This document shows positions 13,137 through 23,231 of a stretch of DNA of 64,000 nucleotides, piece after piece. This DNA is from Aplysia californica (taxonomy: Eukaryota): contig NW_004797910.1 in NCBI RefSeq assembly GCF_000002075.1, positions 144,740 through 208,739 on the forward strand. Direction: 5' to 3'. The notes below the pieces were generated by a model. It did not search any database and had not been told where the DNA came from. It saw nothing but the letters and a program-made list of their open reading frames with translations. The first letter of the stretch is position 1, and each line of letters starts with the position of its first letter. A program made the translations under genes and the position numbers.

Positions 13137-13504
13137 GTTACATTGAATGAATATGTAAACACGACTTTCCGCTCATGTTATTGTTTCACATTTGTGTATT
13201 TTTTTTTTAGATTCTAATATTTCCAGGGGGGCAAGCCCCCCCTGAACCCCTCCTCCCTCCCCCACTGTTGGTATGATTCACGGTGGTCCACCAAAGCCAA
13301 AGTTAAATCCCCTGCCCACTCTCAACCACCACCTCTCGCTCACCTCGCCTCGCGCTGTGCGTGCGCGAAGAAGTCGCCCGTGGAACTACCTTTTGTCCGC
13401 ACCTAGTCTAGAGTACTATGAGTGCGTAGTTAGGCTAGGCACAGTAGGCTCTCCAGGGCCCTCCATCTTCACGCCTAAAAGAATTGAATAGAACCAGAGC
13501 CAGA

Positions 13505-13680
13505 AGTAGATCTTTTAAAAAATCTAGATCTAGATTAGATCTATATCTAGATTCTATATCTAATATCTAGATTCTATCTCTAGATTCTAGATCTAAATTC
13601 TAAATCTAGATATTAGATCTAGATCTAGTCTAGAATCTAGATATCTAGATCTAGATTCTAGATCTAGATCTAGATTAGAA
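13505..13680. repeat. (TAGATC)n self-complementary simple repeat
   Basis: Degenerate AGATCT/TCTAGA array; others at ~14878-15060, 22040-22100, 22330-22480, 41760-41875, 43868-43895 and 44105-44146. Confidence 0.9.
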
Positions 13681-13829
13681 GTAATCGTCGGTGGGGTCAA
13701 ATCAAGTATCCCCCAACGGGACCCAGATTCTTAAGTTGTACCCAGATATTTTTACTGTGCACCTGGCGGTTGAACCTGAAACATTCTAAGCAAAAACCGA
13801 TATCACGAAAACACACATGTTGTAGGCCT

Positions 13830-14319
13830 ACCTCTTGATTTTCTTCTTATGGGAGCTGCCATATTGAATGTTGCGGCGGAACAGAAATCTCTAATCAAAG
13901 AAACAACAAAAAGATCCCAGACAGACAGACATTCCCCAATATGCCATATAGGCGCAAATGCAAAGTAAATATTTACGGAGCGAAATATTTACCATGGCTA
14001 AGAGATGGCTAAGAGAATGTGACACATATATTCATCATAAATTCTGCATTATAAACATTCAAAAGTTACATTTTACTTCAAATCAGCAGAATAACTGAAA
14101 AACTAACCCAGAATTCTCACAGAAATAATAATTGTAACCTGCGTTAGAAGATATTAGCCGTACTGAGTAAAAGATACCTGTCCCTATCCGGAAGTCGATC
14201 ACACACACACAGGCTCAATACTCTATTATTAGACCAGGTCGCGGGAGAAACAACATCATAAGCCCACTCGAAGTCGAGGAGCTTTGTTGACAAAACGTTC
14301 CAAAGCAAATTTAGCCTTT
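13830..14319. promoter_or_regulatory. Promoter region of GINS2, probably bidirectional
   Basis: ETS-type CCGGAAGT at ~14188, E2F-like GCGGGAGAAA at ~14241 and YY1-like AATATGGCAGC on the minus strand at ~13855-13865; CpG-retaining unique DNA directly upstream of the ATG. Confidence 0.5.
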
Positions 14320-14409
14320 ATGGATCCTGCAGAGGTTGAATTTTTGGCTGAAAGGGAACTAGTGAAAATTGTGCCAAATTTCACTCAGGACAAAATATAT
14401 CTAATAAGT
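14320..14409 (+). CDS. GINS2: DNA replication complex GINS subunit Psf2, coding exon 1 of 5
   Basis: [30 protein letters not shown] then GTAAGT donor. Exons 14320-14409, 20391-20505, 21380-21479, 23105-23231 and 26136-26264 sum to 561 nt (186 aa + stop). Psf2 motifs [35 protein letters not shown] and LTVMEIN are present. Confidence 0.97.
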
Positions 14410-14466
14410 GTAAGTCAATAAGAACTGTTACTGTTATAAGGCTACTTATGTACAGTTGGAAATTGA

Positions 14467-14734
14467 ACATGCGATTAAAAGTAGAAATGATGCAAACTAT
14501 TTTTAGGTAAGGCGCCCATCTTGTTTGACGTCAGACCAGGATACCCCTCCGATCACGTGACTACATCTAAGTATAGACAACCGCACGGCACCAAAGATGG
14601 AAGTGTCTATGTATATATTATGCTTAATCTACACCATTTTTCGGAAGTTCTGATAGCTGATTTGATAGCGCGTCTGCGTTTGATGTCGAGCAATGACTTT
14701 TGGAGCGGTTCGATTCCGGTCCCGCACAGTTTTT
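14467..14734 (+). repeat. ~265-bp dispersed repeat with CRE/E-box/YY1 motifs and a 3' tRNA-like module, copy 1
   Basis: Collinear with 44431-44697; contains TGACGTCA, TCACGTGA, GGTTCGATTCC and a terminal T-run. Confidence 0.85.
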
Positions 14735-15397
14735 CTTTTCTCTTTTCCTCCTCCCGACTGACCAACAGTTCCATAAATTATAGGCCTAATTTGTAGAGTT
14801 ACTTTGACTTTGAAGTTGTTGTTTATTTTTTAAAATGTATTAGTGATTAAAAATGCAGGAGGGGGGGGGGGGGTTGGTAGATCTAAATTTAGATATCTAG
14901 ATCTAGATCTAGAACTAGATATTATCTAGTCCTCCTGCGTCTTTACGGCAATTTTCGTGCGGTCTTCCATCATGTCCAGGTAGGCCTAATAGATCTAGAT
15001 CTAGATCTAATCTAGAATCTAGATCTAGATTCTAGATCTAGATCTAGATCTAGGCTAGAAAATCCGAAATGTTACCGAAAACACGTCGTTCCATTTGGGT
15101 ATCCCAGGAAGTGATGACATTACATTACTAAAATTAGCAGCCAATCAGAAAGATGCGTCATTTCTAAGTTTAACGGCATGTGGAAATTGAGGCTGCTCTG
15201 CTGTGGGCCGTGGGCGGCAGCGCAGCCTGGCAGTTTAAAGCGGAGTAAGTCCTCTCTCGCAGCAGAACCATGGTCAACCTGCGCTGTGCGCTGACTGAAT
15301 CTCGCACTAAAATCTACATAGGAAAGAGGGTTTTATTTTGAGGTACTTGAGATTAAGAGTCAGTTGACTTATCCTAATTTTATGATTTAAATCTCAT

Positions 15398-15956
15398 TTG
15401 GAGTGTCTGCGAACACACATGGTAACCGGGCACTTAGTTTCAGTATCTACACACACGTACATGGTAACCGGGCACCTAGTCTCAGTATCTACGTACATGG
15501 TAACTGGAATGAAAATAAATCAATATTTGTCCTTGCGGAAAAAAAGTCATACAATCATTAATTGTCGGGCTGGCCATCGTCCGTGACCGGTCAGTGAACC
15601 TGTTCGTTCGCATCACATTGTGAGTATTGGTGATCATTGGGGTCACCAATGTTCATTCAAAGTCTTTGCGCTGCGAAGTATAGGGTTCCAGAATGGAGGG
15701 ATTATTGATTTATTTAACGCAGCGTTTTTTTTAAAGGTACAGTCGGGGGAGGGATGGGGTTGAAGGCAACACCGGATGACAGAAACTGAACTTGGAGTTC
15801 TGAACTACCCCGTTACCGTGTACGTAACACTGAGACTACATACATGCCCCGTTGCCTGTTACCGTGTAAGTATATATATTAAGGCTACATGCTCGGTTGC
15901 CGTGTACGTAGACACTGAGGCTAGATGCTCGGTTACCGTGTACGTAGACACTCCGT
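15398..15956. mobile_element. MITE with repetitive subterminal arrays
   Basis: GGAGTGTCT...AGACACTCC termini; tandem ATGGTAACCGGGCAC / GTTACCGTGTACGTA units in opposite orientation; imperfect ATCTC(A/G)T flanking duplication; internal segment related to 16708-16870. Confidence 0.65.
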
Positions 15957-15974
15957 ATCTCGTTACTAACATTC

Positions 15975-16225
15975 TATTACTGGCTCAAAGGATCATGTGG
16001 CTGGAAGACAGCAGTAAGAAGGAGCCAAGGAGTAGCAGAAGAAAGGCTGCAGAAGCCCGGAGGAGGGGTCAAAGGAGGTGAGGGAGTGGGGGCAGAAAGT
16101 GGAGATGAAAGCAGACGACAGAACATTGTTAGAGCAGGAAAAGAGGTGAAAGGAGACAATTTTAGAGCAGAAAATTTTTCCATCGCTATCCGGATTCGAA
16201 CCCAGGTTCTTTGAATGAAAGCAGG
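15975..16225 (-). mobile_element. SINE S1 5' half
   Basis: B-box GGGTTCGAATCC on the minus strand at ~16193-16204, followed by the S1 pyrimidine body. Confidence 0.7.
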
Positions 16226-16888
16226 GTGTCCAGCAAGGTCATAGAGGTCGTAAATGGTAGTAAATTTGCCTTGAAGGTAGTAAACATTTGGTAAACGGTC
16301 GTAAATTAGCCTGCCTACTCAGTGATGAAGCCAACAGGACTGTTCAGTGAACCCTAGCTATGGTACACGACTCCGTTTTTGCCGGTCGTGATTGTGACAT
16401 TATATTCGTTCACCTTTTCTGCGTCCGAGAGTACATTTCACGTGAAAAGGCGGCTATGGCGGCAGGCAGAAGTGTATGATGACACAGAGGCTCGATCAGG
16501 AAAATCAAGATCTACTTTCTCTTTTGTTACCACCCAGAAATTTGCCGGCGATAGAAGTGATAACGCAAAATTTGTGAAATGCAGGTTGTACAGTATAAAC
16601 GCTGTTTCGCCGTGCAAATAAAATTTAATCATTACTTGGACTCGTCACTTGTGTGTGTGTGTGGGGGGGTGAAAAGAAAATACAAGCGTCGTTCGATTTT
16701 ATTTTAGATTGTCGGGCTTGCCATCGTGAACGGTCAGAGAACCTTCGCGCGAGGCACCACAAGATACAGCATCGGTGAGCACCGACGTTTGTTAGGGTCG
16801 CCAAAGTTCATTAAAAAGTCTGAGCGTTGCGAAGTTTTGGACTACGGAATGGTGCAGGGATTATTGATTTTTTTAGAGATACACTGGG

Positions 16889-17803
16889 NNNNNNNNNNNN
16901 NNNNNNNNNNNNNNNNNNNNNNNNNNNNNNNNNNNNNNNNNNNNNNNNNNNNNNNNNNNNNNNNNNNNNNNNNNNNNNNNNNNNNNNNNNNNNNNNNNNN
17001 NNNNNNNNNNNNNNNNNNNNNNNNNNNNNNNNNNNNNNNNNNNNNNNNNNNNNNNNNNNNNNNNNNNNNNNNNNNNNNNNNNNNNNNNNNNNNNNNNNNN
17101 NNNNNNNNNNNNNNNNNNNNNNNNNNNNNNNNNNNNNNNNNNNNNNNNNNNNNNNNNNNNNNNNNNNNNNNNNNNNNNNNNNNNNNNNNNNNNNNNNNNN
17201 NNNNNNNNNNNNNNNNNNNNNNNNNNNNNNNNNNNNNNNNNNNNNNNNNNNNNNNNNNNNNNNNNNNNNNNNNNNNNNNNNNNNNNNNNNNNNNNNNNNN
17301 NNNNNNNNNNNNNNNNNNNNNNNNNNNNNNNNNNNNNNNNNNNNNNNNNNNNNNNNNNNNNNNNNNNNNNNNNNNNNNNNNNNNNNNNNNNNNNNNNNNN
17401 NNNNNNNNNNNNNNNNNNNNNNNNNNNNNNNNNNNNNNNNNNNNNNNNNNNNNNNNNNNNNNNNNNNNNNNNNNNNNNNNNNNNNNNNNNNNNNNNNNNN
17501 NNNNNNNNNNNNNNNNNNNNNNNNNNNNNNNNNNNNNNNNNNNNNNNNNNNNNNNNNNNNNNNNNNNNNNNNNNNNNNNNNNNNNNNNNNNNNNNNNNNN
17601 NNNNNNNNNNNNNNNNNNNNNNNNNNNNNNNNNNNNNNNNNNNNNNNNNNNNNNNNNNNNNNNNNNNNNNNNNNNNNNNNNNNNNNNNNNNNNNNNNNNN
17701 NNNNNNNNNNNNNNNNNNNNNNNNNNNNNNNNNNNNNNNNNNNNNNNNNNNNNNNNNNNNNNNNNNNNNNNNNNNNNNNNNNNNNNNNNNNNNNNNNNNN
17801 NNN
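16889..17803. other. Assembly gap (others: 2460-2703, 10490-10589, 49721-49907, 52215-52314)
   Basis: N runs; the two 100-N gaps are probably of unknown size. Confidence 0.99.
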
Positions 17804-19171
17804 CGTTTACCTTGACCTTGGTGAGCAAACTTAGTAACGCGTATGGCCTCCACGTGCAGCGATTATAGCGAGGCATCTTCTGTTCATAGAGTTAATCACA
17901 CGGTTGATCTGGCCATTTTGGATGCCATCAAAGATCTGGATGATGGCTGCAGTCAACTGGGCTGCTGTTCGAGGTCGTGGCTGCGTCTGGTTAAGCTGTC
18001 TTTGGATCATGTCCCACAAATGTTCAATAGGGTTCAAGTCAGGTGAGCGATGTGGGTGTGCCAATAAATTGACATTGTTCTGCGCCAAGAAGTTCTGGGT
18101 GGTCGTGCGTTGTCTTGTTGATACAAGAAGTTAGGATGCCTCTGTTCAAAGGGCACCACATGAGGTGCCATGACTTGTGCAATGTAGCGCTGAGCTGTGA
18201 CGCCGTTTCCACTTCCTGGACCAATGTTCTGGAAGAGGACAGGTCCCACTCTATGATTCAACACCATGGTTCCCCCATATCATCACGCTCTCGCCTACCC
18301 AGGGGTCACGCTCCAGAATGTTGTTGTCGTCATAACGAGTCGTGTCTCTACGCCACACATGGACACGGCCGTTCGCTGGATCGATGCAGAACCTGCTTTC
18401 ATCACTGAAGAGGACTCTCCTCCACTGTGCGTTCTGCCAGTTGACATGCGCCTGTGCCCACTGTATCCGTTGCTGTGGATGCCTTGGTGTTAGGACAGCT
18501 CCCTGGTAAGGACGCCTGCAGTGAAGACCAGCAGTCAGTAACCTCCGTAACACACTCCAGCGGCTAAGTTGGCTTTCAGTCGTTCCCATGGTCGTTCTGG
18601 CAGTCTCTGCAGCCGGCAGAAACGGACCACGGCGGTGCAGACGAATCATGACGCAGTCATGGGCCAGAGTTGTCCCCCTTGGTCTTCCGCTTCGTGGTTG
18701 ATCTGCTGTTGTTGCTGTCGCTTGTAATCAGTTCCGAAGGTTAATAAATGGTGCTTGGGTGGACACCAAAACCCTGGGACACCTATTCCACCGACTCACC
18801 GGCCGCCAGTCGTCCGACAGCTCTCTTTCTGTTTTCCCTTGATAACCTTGGCATGTCGGTAGCTCGTCTGTTTCGATATATGAATGCAACATTTCAAGGT
18901 GCAGATTTTATAGGCATACACCCAGGACTGAGTGAGCATAATTTAAACTCACCACTGACAACAACTTGCAAATGTGTCCCAGTGATGAGTGATGACTCGT
19001 GAGTTGTGTATTGCTAACGCAGCCAATGACAACTTTGCGATGCTCAAAAATGCCCAATCAAGACACTCGAGGCAAGTGTTGAGTGATATGAGTTCATATC
19101 ACACAACTATGAACTCAGCTTTGGGCGATTTCAACAACATAAAAAATTCGCGTTTTTTTTGCACCTCACTA
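17804..19171 (-). mobile_element. Degenerate Tc1 (DD34E) transposon; 3' end lost in assembly gap
   Basis: ATG ~18854 (MPRLSRENRKRAVG), VLFSDESRF, YQQDNARP, HRSPDLNPIEHLW and GGHTRY* (stop at 17831), spread over several frames; TIR-like TAGTGAGGTGCAAAAAAAA at the 5' end. Confidence 0.92.
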
Positions 19172-19419
19172 TATATAAAATAATGAGAGGGAAATATTAA
19201 CAGACTGAAATACTTTTAAGTGAAACAAGACCCCAGTGCGACACTGACATGTTGTTGACGGGATATATTTTACGTGTTTGTGTGTGTGTGTGTATTGTGT
19301 AACATGGCCCTGGAAAATGGATGACCTCCTGGAAAATTGAGACGCTGGTTTGGCAGTCACCCTGTGTGGACACATTAGTAGGCCTAAATCTGCCCCCCCA
19401 CCTTCCCCTCCCACCACCA

Positions 19420-19766
19420 CCAGGGCAGTGCTACTGACTGAAGCATCTTTAGGCCATTCCCAAAAGGAGGATATTAACATGTTCTTATGCACAATAGAAT
19501 TGTAAATATGGGCTGATTATCAATGTCATGCTCATAGTGTGCTGGACCAACATAGGGGGAACTGCTGCTTTTTTTTGTCCTTTTGTTCACTATCATCATT
19601 TCCTCTACTTCTTTTGTATGTTTGTCACTCTTGTGAACTGCTATTTCCGGGGTGCCTTGATAGTCGAAACTTGATTCCCCGTTTGGACTTCTCTGTTGAC
19701 GTCCACCCCTTGTCGCTCATATCACCTATGCAGTTGCGAGTGCAGTAAAAACCTTACTTAAACTAC
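19420..19766 (+). mobile_element. Retroposon 3' fragment with the shared LINE-type tail
   Basis: Collinear with 50322-50712; ends TATGCAGTTGCGAGTGCAGTAAAAAC. Confidence 0.7.
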
Positions 19767-20390
19767 ATCTAGCGGCGACCAAGCTTGTGATCGTCTGTCT
19801 ATTTTATCAACTGGACTAATTGTTGTGTGTTGTTTTCGTTCCATGTATTATGTAATTACATTTGTCATTGATGGCGCAAATTTAACTCCCTTTTTCGAGC
19901 TGGTGTGGGGCTTGATTTGCTGGGTAGTAAATTTTTTGAGGAAATATTGCTGGACACCCTGGGGAGGCAAACACATTTTTTTACCTCTAGGCCACGAGAG
20001 CCCTCAGACAGTTATAAGTAGAAAGAAATTGTGCATAAAGATGCCTGACAACTATGCGACTATCGAAATTAAAAGGCAAAGATGAAAGAAACAGGCAGCT
20101 TGTGTTATGTGTGATAAAAATGTGGTAGAGTCCGTATTTCAGTCACAGGGCAAAACAGGCCTGAGAGTGACAACTGACACTGCTGATGAGATACCAGTGG
20201 TTGAAAAAAAAAATCACAAAATAGAAAGCTTTAAACTCTTAAAGGCCCTCTGTCACAGACACGAAGGAGTAATTATATTACTTAAGATACGAATATCAAC
20301 ACCTTAAAATGCAATTAAATTATTTTTTTTTCAGTTTGAATTTTATTTGGTATTCAGGCTACTGACATTGTCGTAATTTTTGTTTTCTAG

Positions 20391-20505
20391 GGGGATATTG
20401 GTCCTTTCAGCGCTGGACTTCCAGTGTCTGTGCCACTGTGGCTGGCTGTGAATCTGAAGCAGAGACAGAAATGCAGAATTCTTCCTCCAGATTGGATGGA
20501 AACAG
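20391..20505 (+). CDS. GINS2: Psf2 coding exon 2
   Basis: TTTTCTAG acceptor, GTAAC donor; [38 protein letters not shown]; 115 nt. Confidence 0.97.
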
Positions 20506-21379
20506 GTAACTTGTTGTATTGTAATTGTTTTCAAAGGTTTGTTACTTTGAATAAATGAGCCTAAATATTGCAATAATTGGATCTTGGTGTTCCTTGAACC
20601 TTTTTTAGATCAGTTATAATGATAATTTAGACTATAATTTAGACTAATTTTGAAATACAAAAGCTTCATTTTGCTTGATTAATTTATATCAAGTTGAAGG
20701 AGGCTAATGTGTTCCTAAATTTATCTTTTTTAAAACTTATAGCAACTTTAGTATTGAGGCGCACCCAAAGGACTGCCAAGGTTCAAGCTGCATTTTGAAC
20801 CACTCCATTCTTACTTTATAAGATTCTACTTGTGAATAAAGAGTTCCCAGGCTTATTAGGCAGTCATCACTCAATGAATAGTACAATATAATTTGTTTCT
20901 TCTTGATTCGATCCATTGATGTTTATTTCTTCATTGAGTAACAAAAATTAACAATCCACTCTAAGTTGACTTTTGAAAGATTTCAGCCATTACCCCCTGA
21001 GCTCTATTCTGTGGTAATTTGATTCACTAGAATAAATTATTAAGTCAGAAAGACAGATCTGGTAGTATTTTTCTTTCTTCCACCATTTTTGTCATTGATT
21101 TTTAGAGCTATAGTTAATTGGGCTTGGGATATATGAAATGAGGAGAAAAGTAAGCCAAAGTATTGGAGATTTGGCAGAAACCGAGAGTGTGTAAAAGGCA
21201 GTTCTTTAATTCAACTTGAGGAGAGGTATAATCATGAACGAATGCAAAGTTGTTGATTATTTTAAGATTACATTTTACTGTAGGTATTGTTGCTTGCCTG
21301 TTGATTTTTGTGAATAAATTCTTAGAATTAAATGTCCTGTTGTCGAATTATTTGATATTTATAAAACATTTGATTTCAG

Positions 21380-21479
21380 AATTCTTAAAAGAAAAGAAGC
21401 AGGAGGAGGCTGATAGCAGATTTTTCACACCAATGCCAAGTCCTCACTATATGGAACTAACGCAATTACTTCTGCAACA
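21380..21479 (+). CDS. GINS2: Psf2 coding exon 3
   Basis: TTTCAG acceptor, GTAAGC donor; (E)FLKEKKQEEADSRFFTPMPSPHYMELTQLLLQ; 100 nt. Confidence 0.96.
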
Positions 21480-21670
21480 GTAAGCCTGATTTTTATCCAC
21501 AATAACTTAACCTTTGATTTTTCAAGGATGTAGTTTTGAAGATGGTTTTGTTTCTATTTACTTCTCTCTTTTATTTGCATCCTATCTAAAGTCTAAAGTT
21601 CTTCTTTTTTTTGTTGATAGCCTTCCTTCCGGCCATTAATGGTGATGTCATGACTTAATAAGAACGTGAG

Positions 21671-22778
21671 TATACCTGCATGTTTGCCGACAATCGTCTG
21701 AAATCCGACAATCGCGACCCGACCCGCGAGGCGGCCGATGCTATCGCTAGGCCCACCTGTATCAGTCAATGTGCGAAGTGCGAGGCCTGGCCGACTGCCA
21801 GCGTCCCCCTTTTCTCCCGTCGGCTTTGTCGGCACTTTCGTGTTCGTGCCGACCACCGATTGCCGACGTCGGCGTTTCCGACATAATTGTCGGAACCTGA
21901 GTAGAAATGCGAATACGAAAAAGGACGACGACCTAAATTATCTACTTTGTTTCGTGCTCGACCGGCCATTTTGAATTTCGTTTTGTTGACAAATTCAATT
22001 GTTCAGATCGTGTGGATTAATTCCAGTCCAACTCACTTAGATTTAGATTCTAGATAAATAGAATCTAGATCTAGATCTAGACATCTAGATCTAGATTTAT
22101 ATAGAGATCATTATAGACCTCAATGGAGGATTCATATTCCAATTCTATTTTGTCCAACCCTATCATAGGCTGTGCTGTAATATTAATGTTGGTAAAAGGC
22201 ATTTCATCAGGTGCGTGAATTATTTATTTATTTAGAATCTAGACTCAGCTGAGCCCCTCTGTTCGGAATCGGATGCGGATTTCTAGTTCAAGGCCAAGGC
22301 CTATTCCTAGATCCTATTCACTTGTTCTACTAGATCTAGATCTAGATCTAGATCTAGATTTATTTAGTTTACTAGCTCTAGATCTATATATGGAGGATTC
22401 ATATTCCAATTCTATTGTGTTACTTATTGTATCAAACCCTATTATTATAGATCTAGCAATATATATGTAGATCTAGATGTAGGCCATTATATTATGCTCC
22501 TTGTAAGCCTTGTTTGTTTTGGAGTGTGGTTTTTTAATTTTTAATTTTTTTTTGTTTTGACTTTTGCTGGCCTTTTCACATTAGGCTCGTTGCAGGTTCT
22601 TTTTTGGGGTAGACGTAGGGGTAGGGTTAGGTCTCTTCTTTGTTGTGTTTTTTGGGGTGGTCACTCGTTACTCGAAAGTCCTTCCTTATGACTTATGACA
22701 CCCACAAAAGCTCCTTGGGGGGGGGGGGGGTTGCGCAAAATTTTCAGACAATCTGGTTGAGGCTCACATGCAGGTCTA
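21671..22778. mobile_element. hAT-like non-autonomous element with 6-bp TSD in GINS2 intron 3
   Basis: CGTGAG|TATACCTGCATGT...ACATGCAGGTCTA|CGTGAG with subterminal CCGACAAT/CAGACAAT motifs. Confidence 0.7.
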
Positions 22779-23104
22779 CGTGAGTAACATCTGATGGTGG
22801 ACTAGTCATGGGCCAAGAGTCAAAATGACCCGTTTTTTAAATATCAAATGTTAATTTTAAAGATAAGACGCATTGACTCTGGAGGGGGGGTTATAAATGT
22901 AAAAGCTGTGTGATGAAAGTTTCCAGTCTTTGAAATGATAGGATTTTTTTTTGTTGCCAGTTAAGGATTTCATGTCATAGGGCTTTAGATTTCTATCAAT
23001 AAGAATAGGAGCAGTACCCTTTAATATATTTTGCAATCATTGTGCTACACAAATTTATTATTAATTTCATGTGAGTGTTTGCACTTTTGCTTTTACGTTT
23101 TCAG

Positions 23105-23231
23105 TGCAACTGATGATGTCCCAAGAGCAGATGAAGTAAGAACATTGATAAAGGACATATGGGACCTCAGAATAGCCAAACTACGTAGCAGCGTTGATTT
23201 GTTTGTGAAAAGTGAAGCATCTCATGCAAAG
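23105..23231 (+). CDS. GINS2: Psf2 coding exon 4
   Basis: TTTTCAG acceptor, GTATGT donor; (H)ATDDVPRADEVRTLIKDIWDLRIAKLRSSVDLFVKSEASHAK; 127 nt. Confidence 0.97.

Noticed and set aside
14645-14729. Functional tRNA gene
   Set aside because: The acceptor and anticodon stems do not pair in either copy; kept only as a tRNA-like module
16726-17876. Long ORFs of 326-380 aa
   Set aside because: They run through an N gap (poly-X); the same applies to ORFs at ~2.4-2.8, 10.4-10.7, 49.4-50.0 and 52.1-52.4 kb
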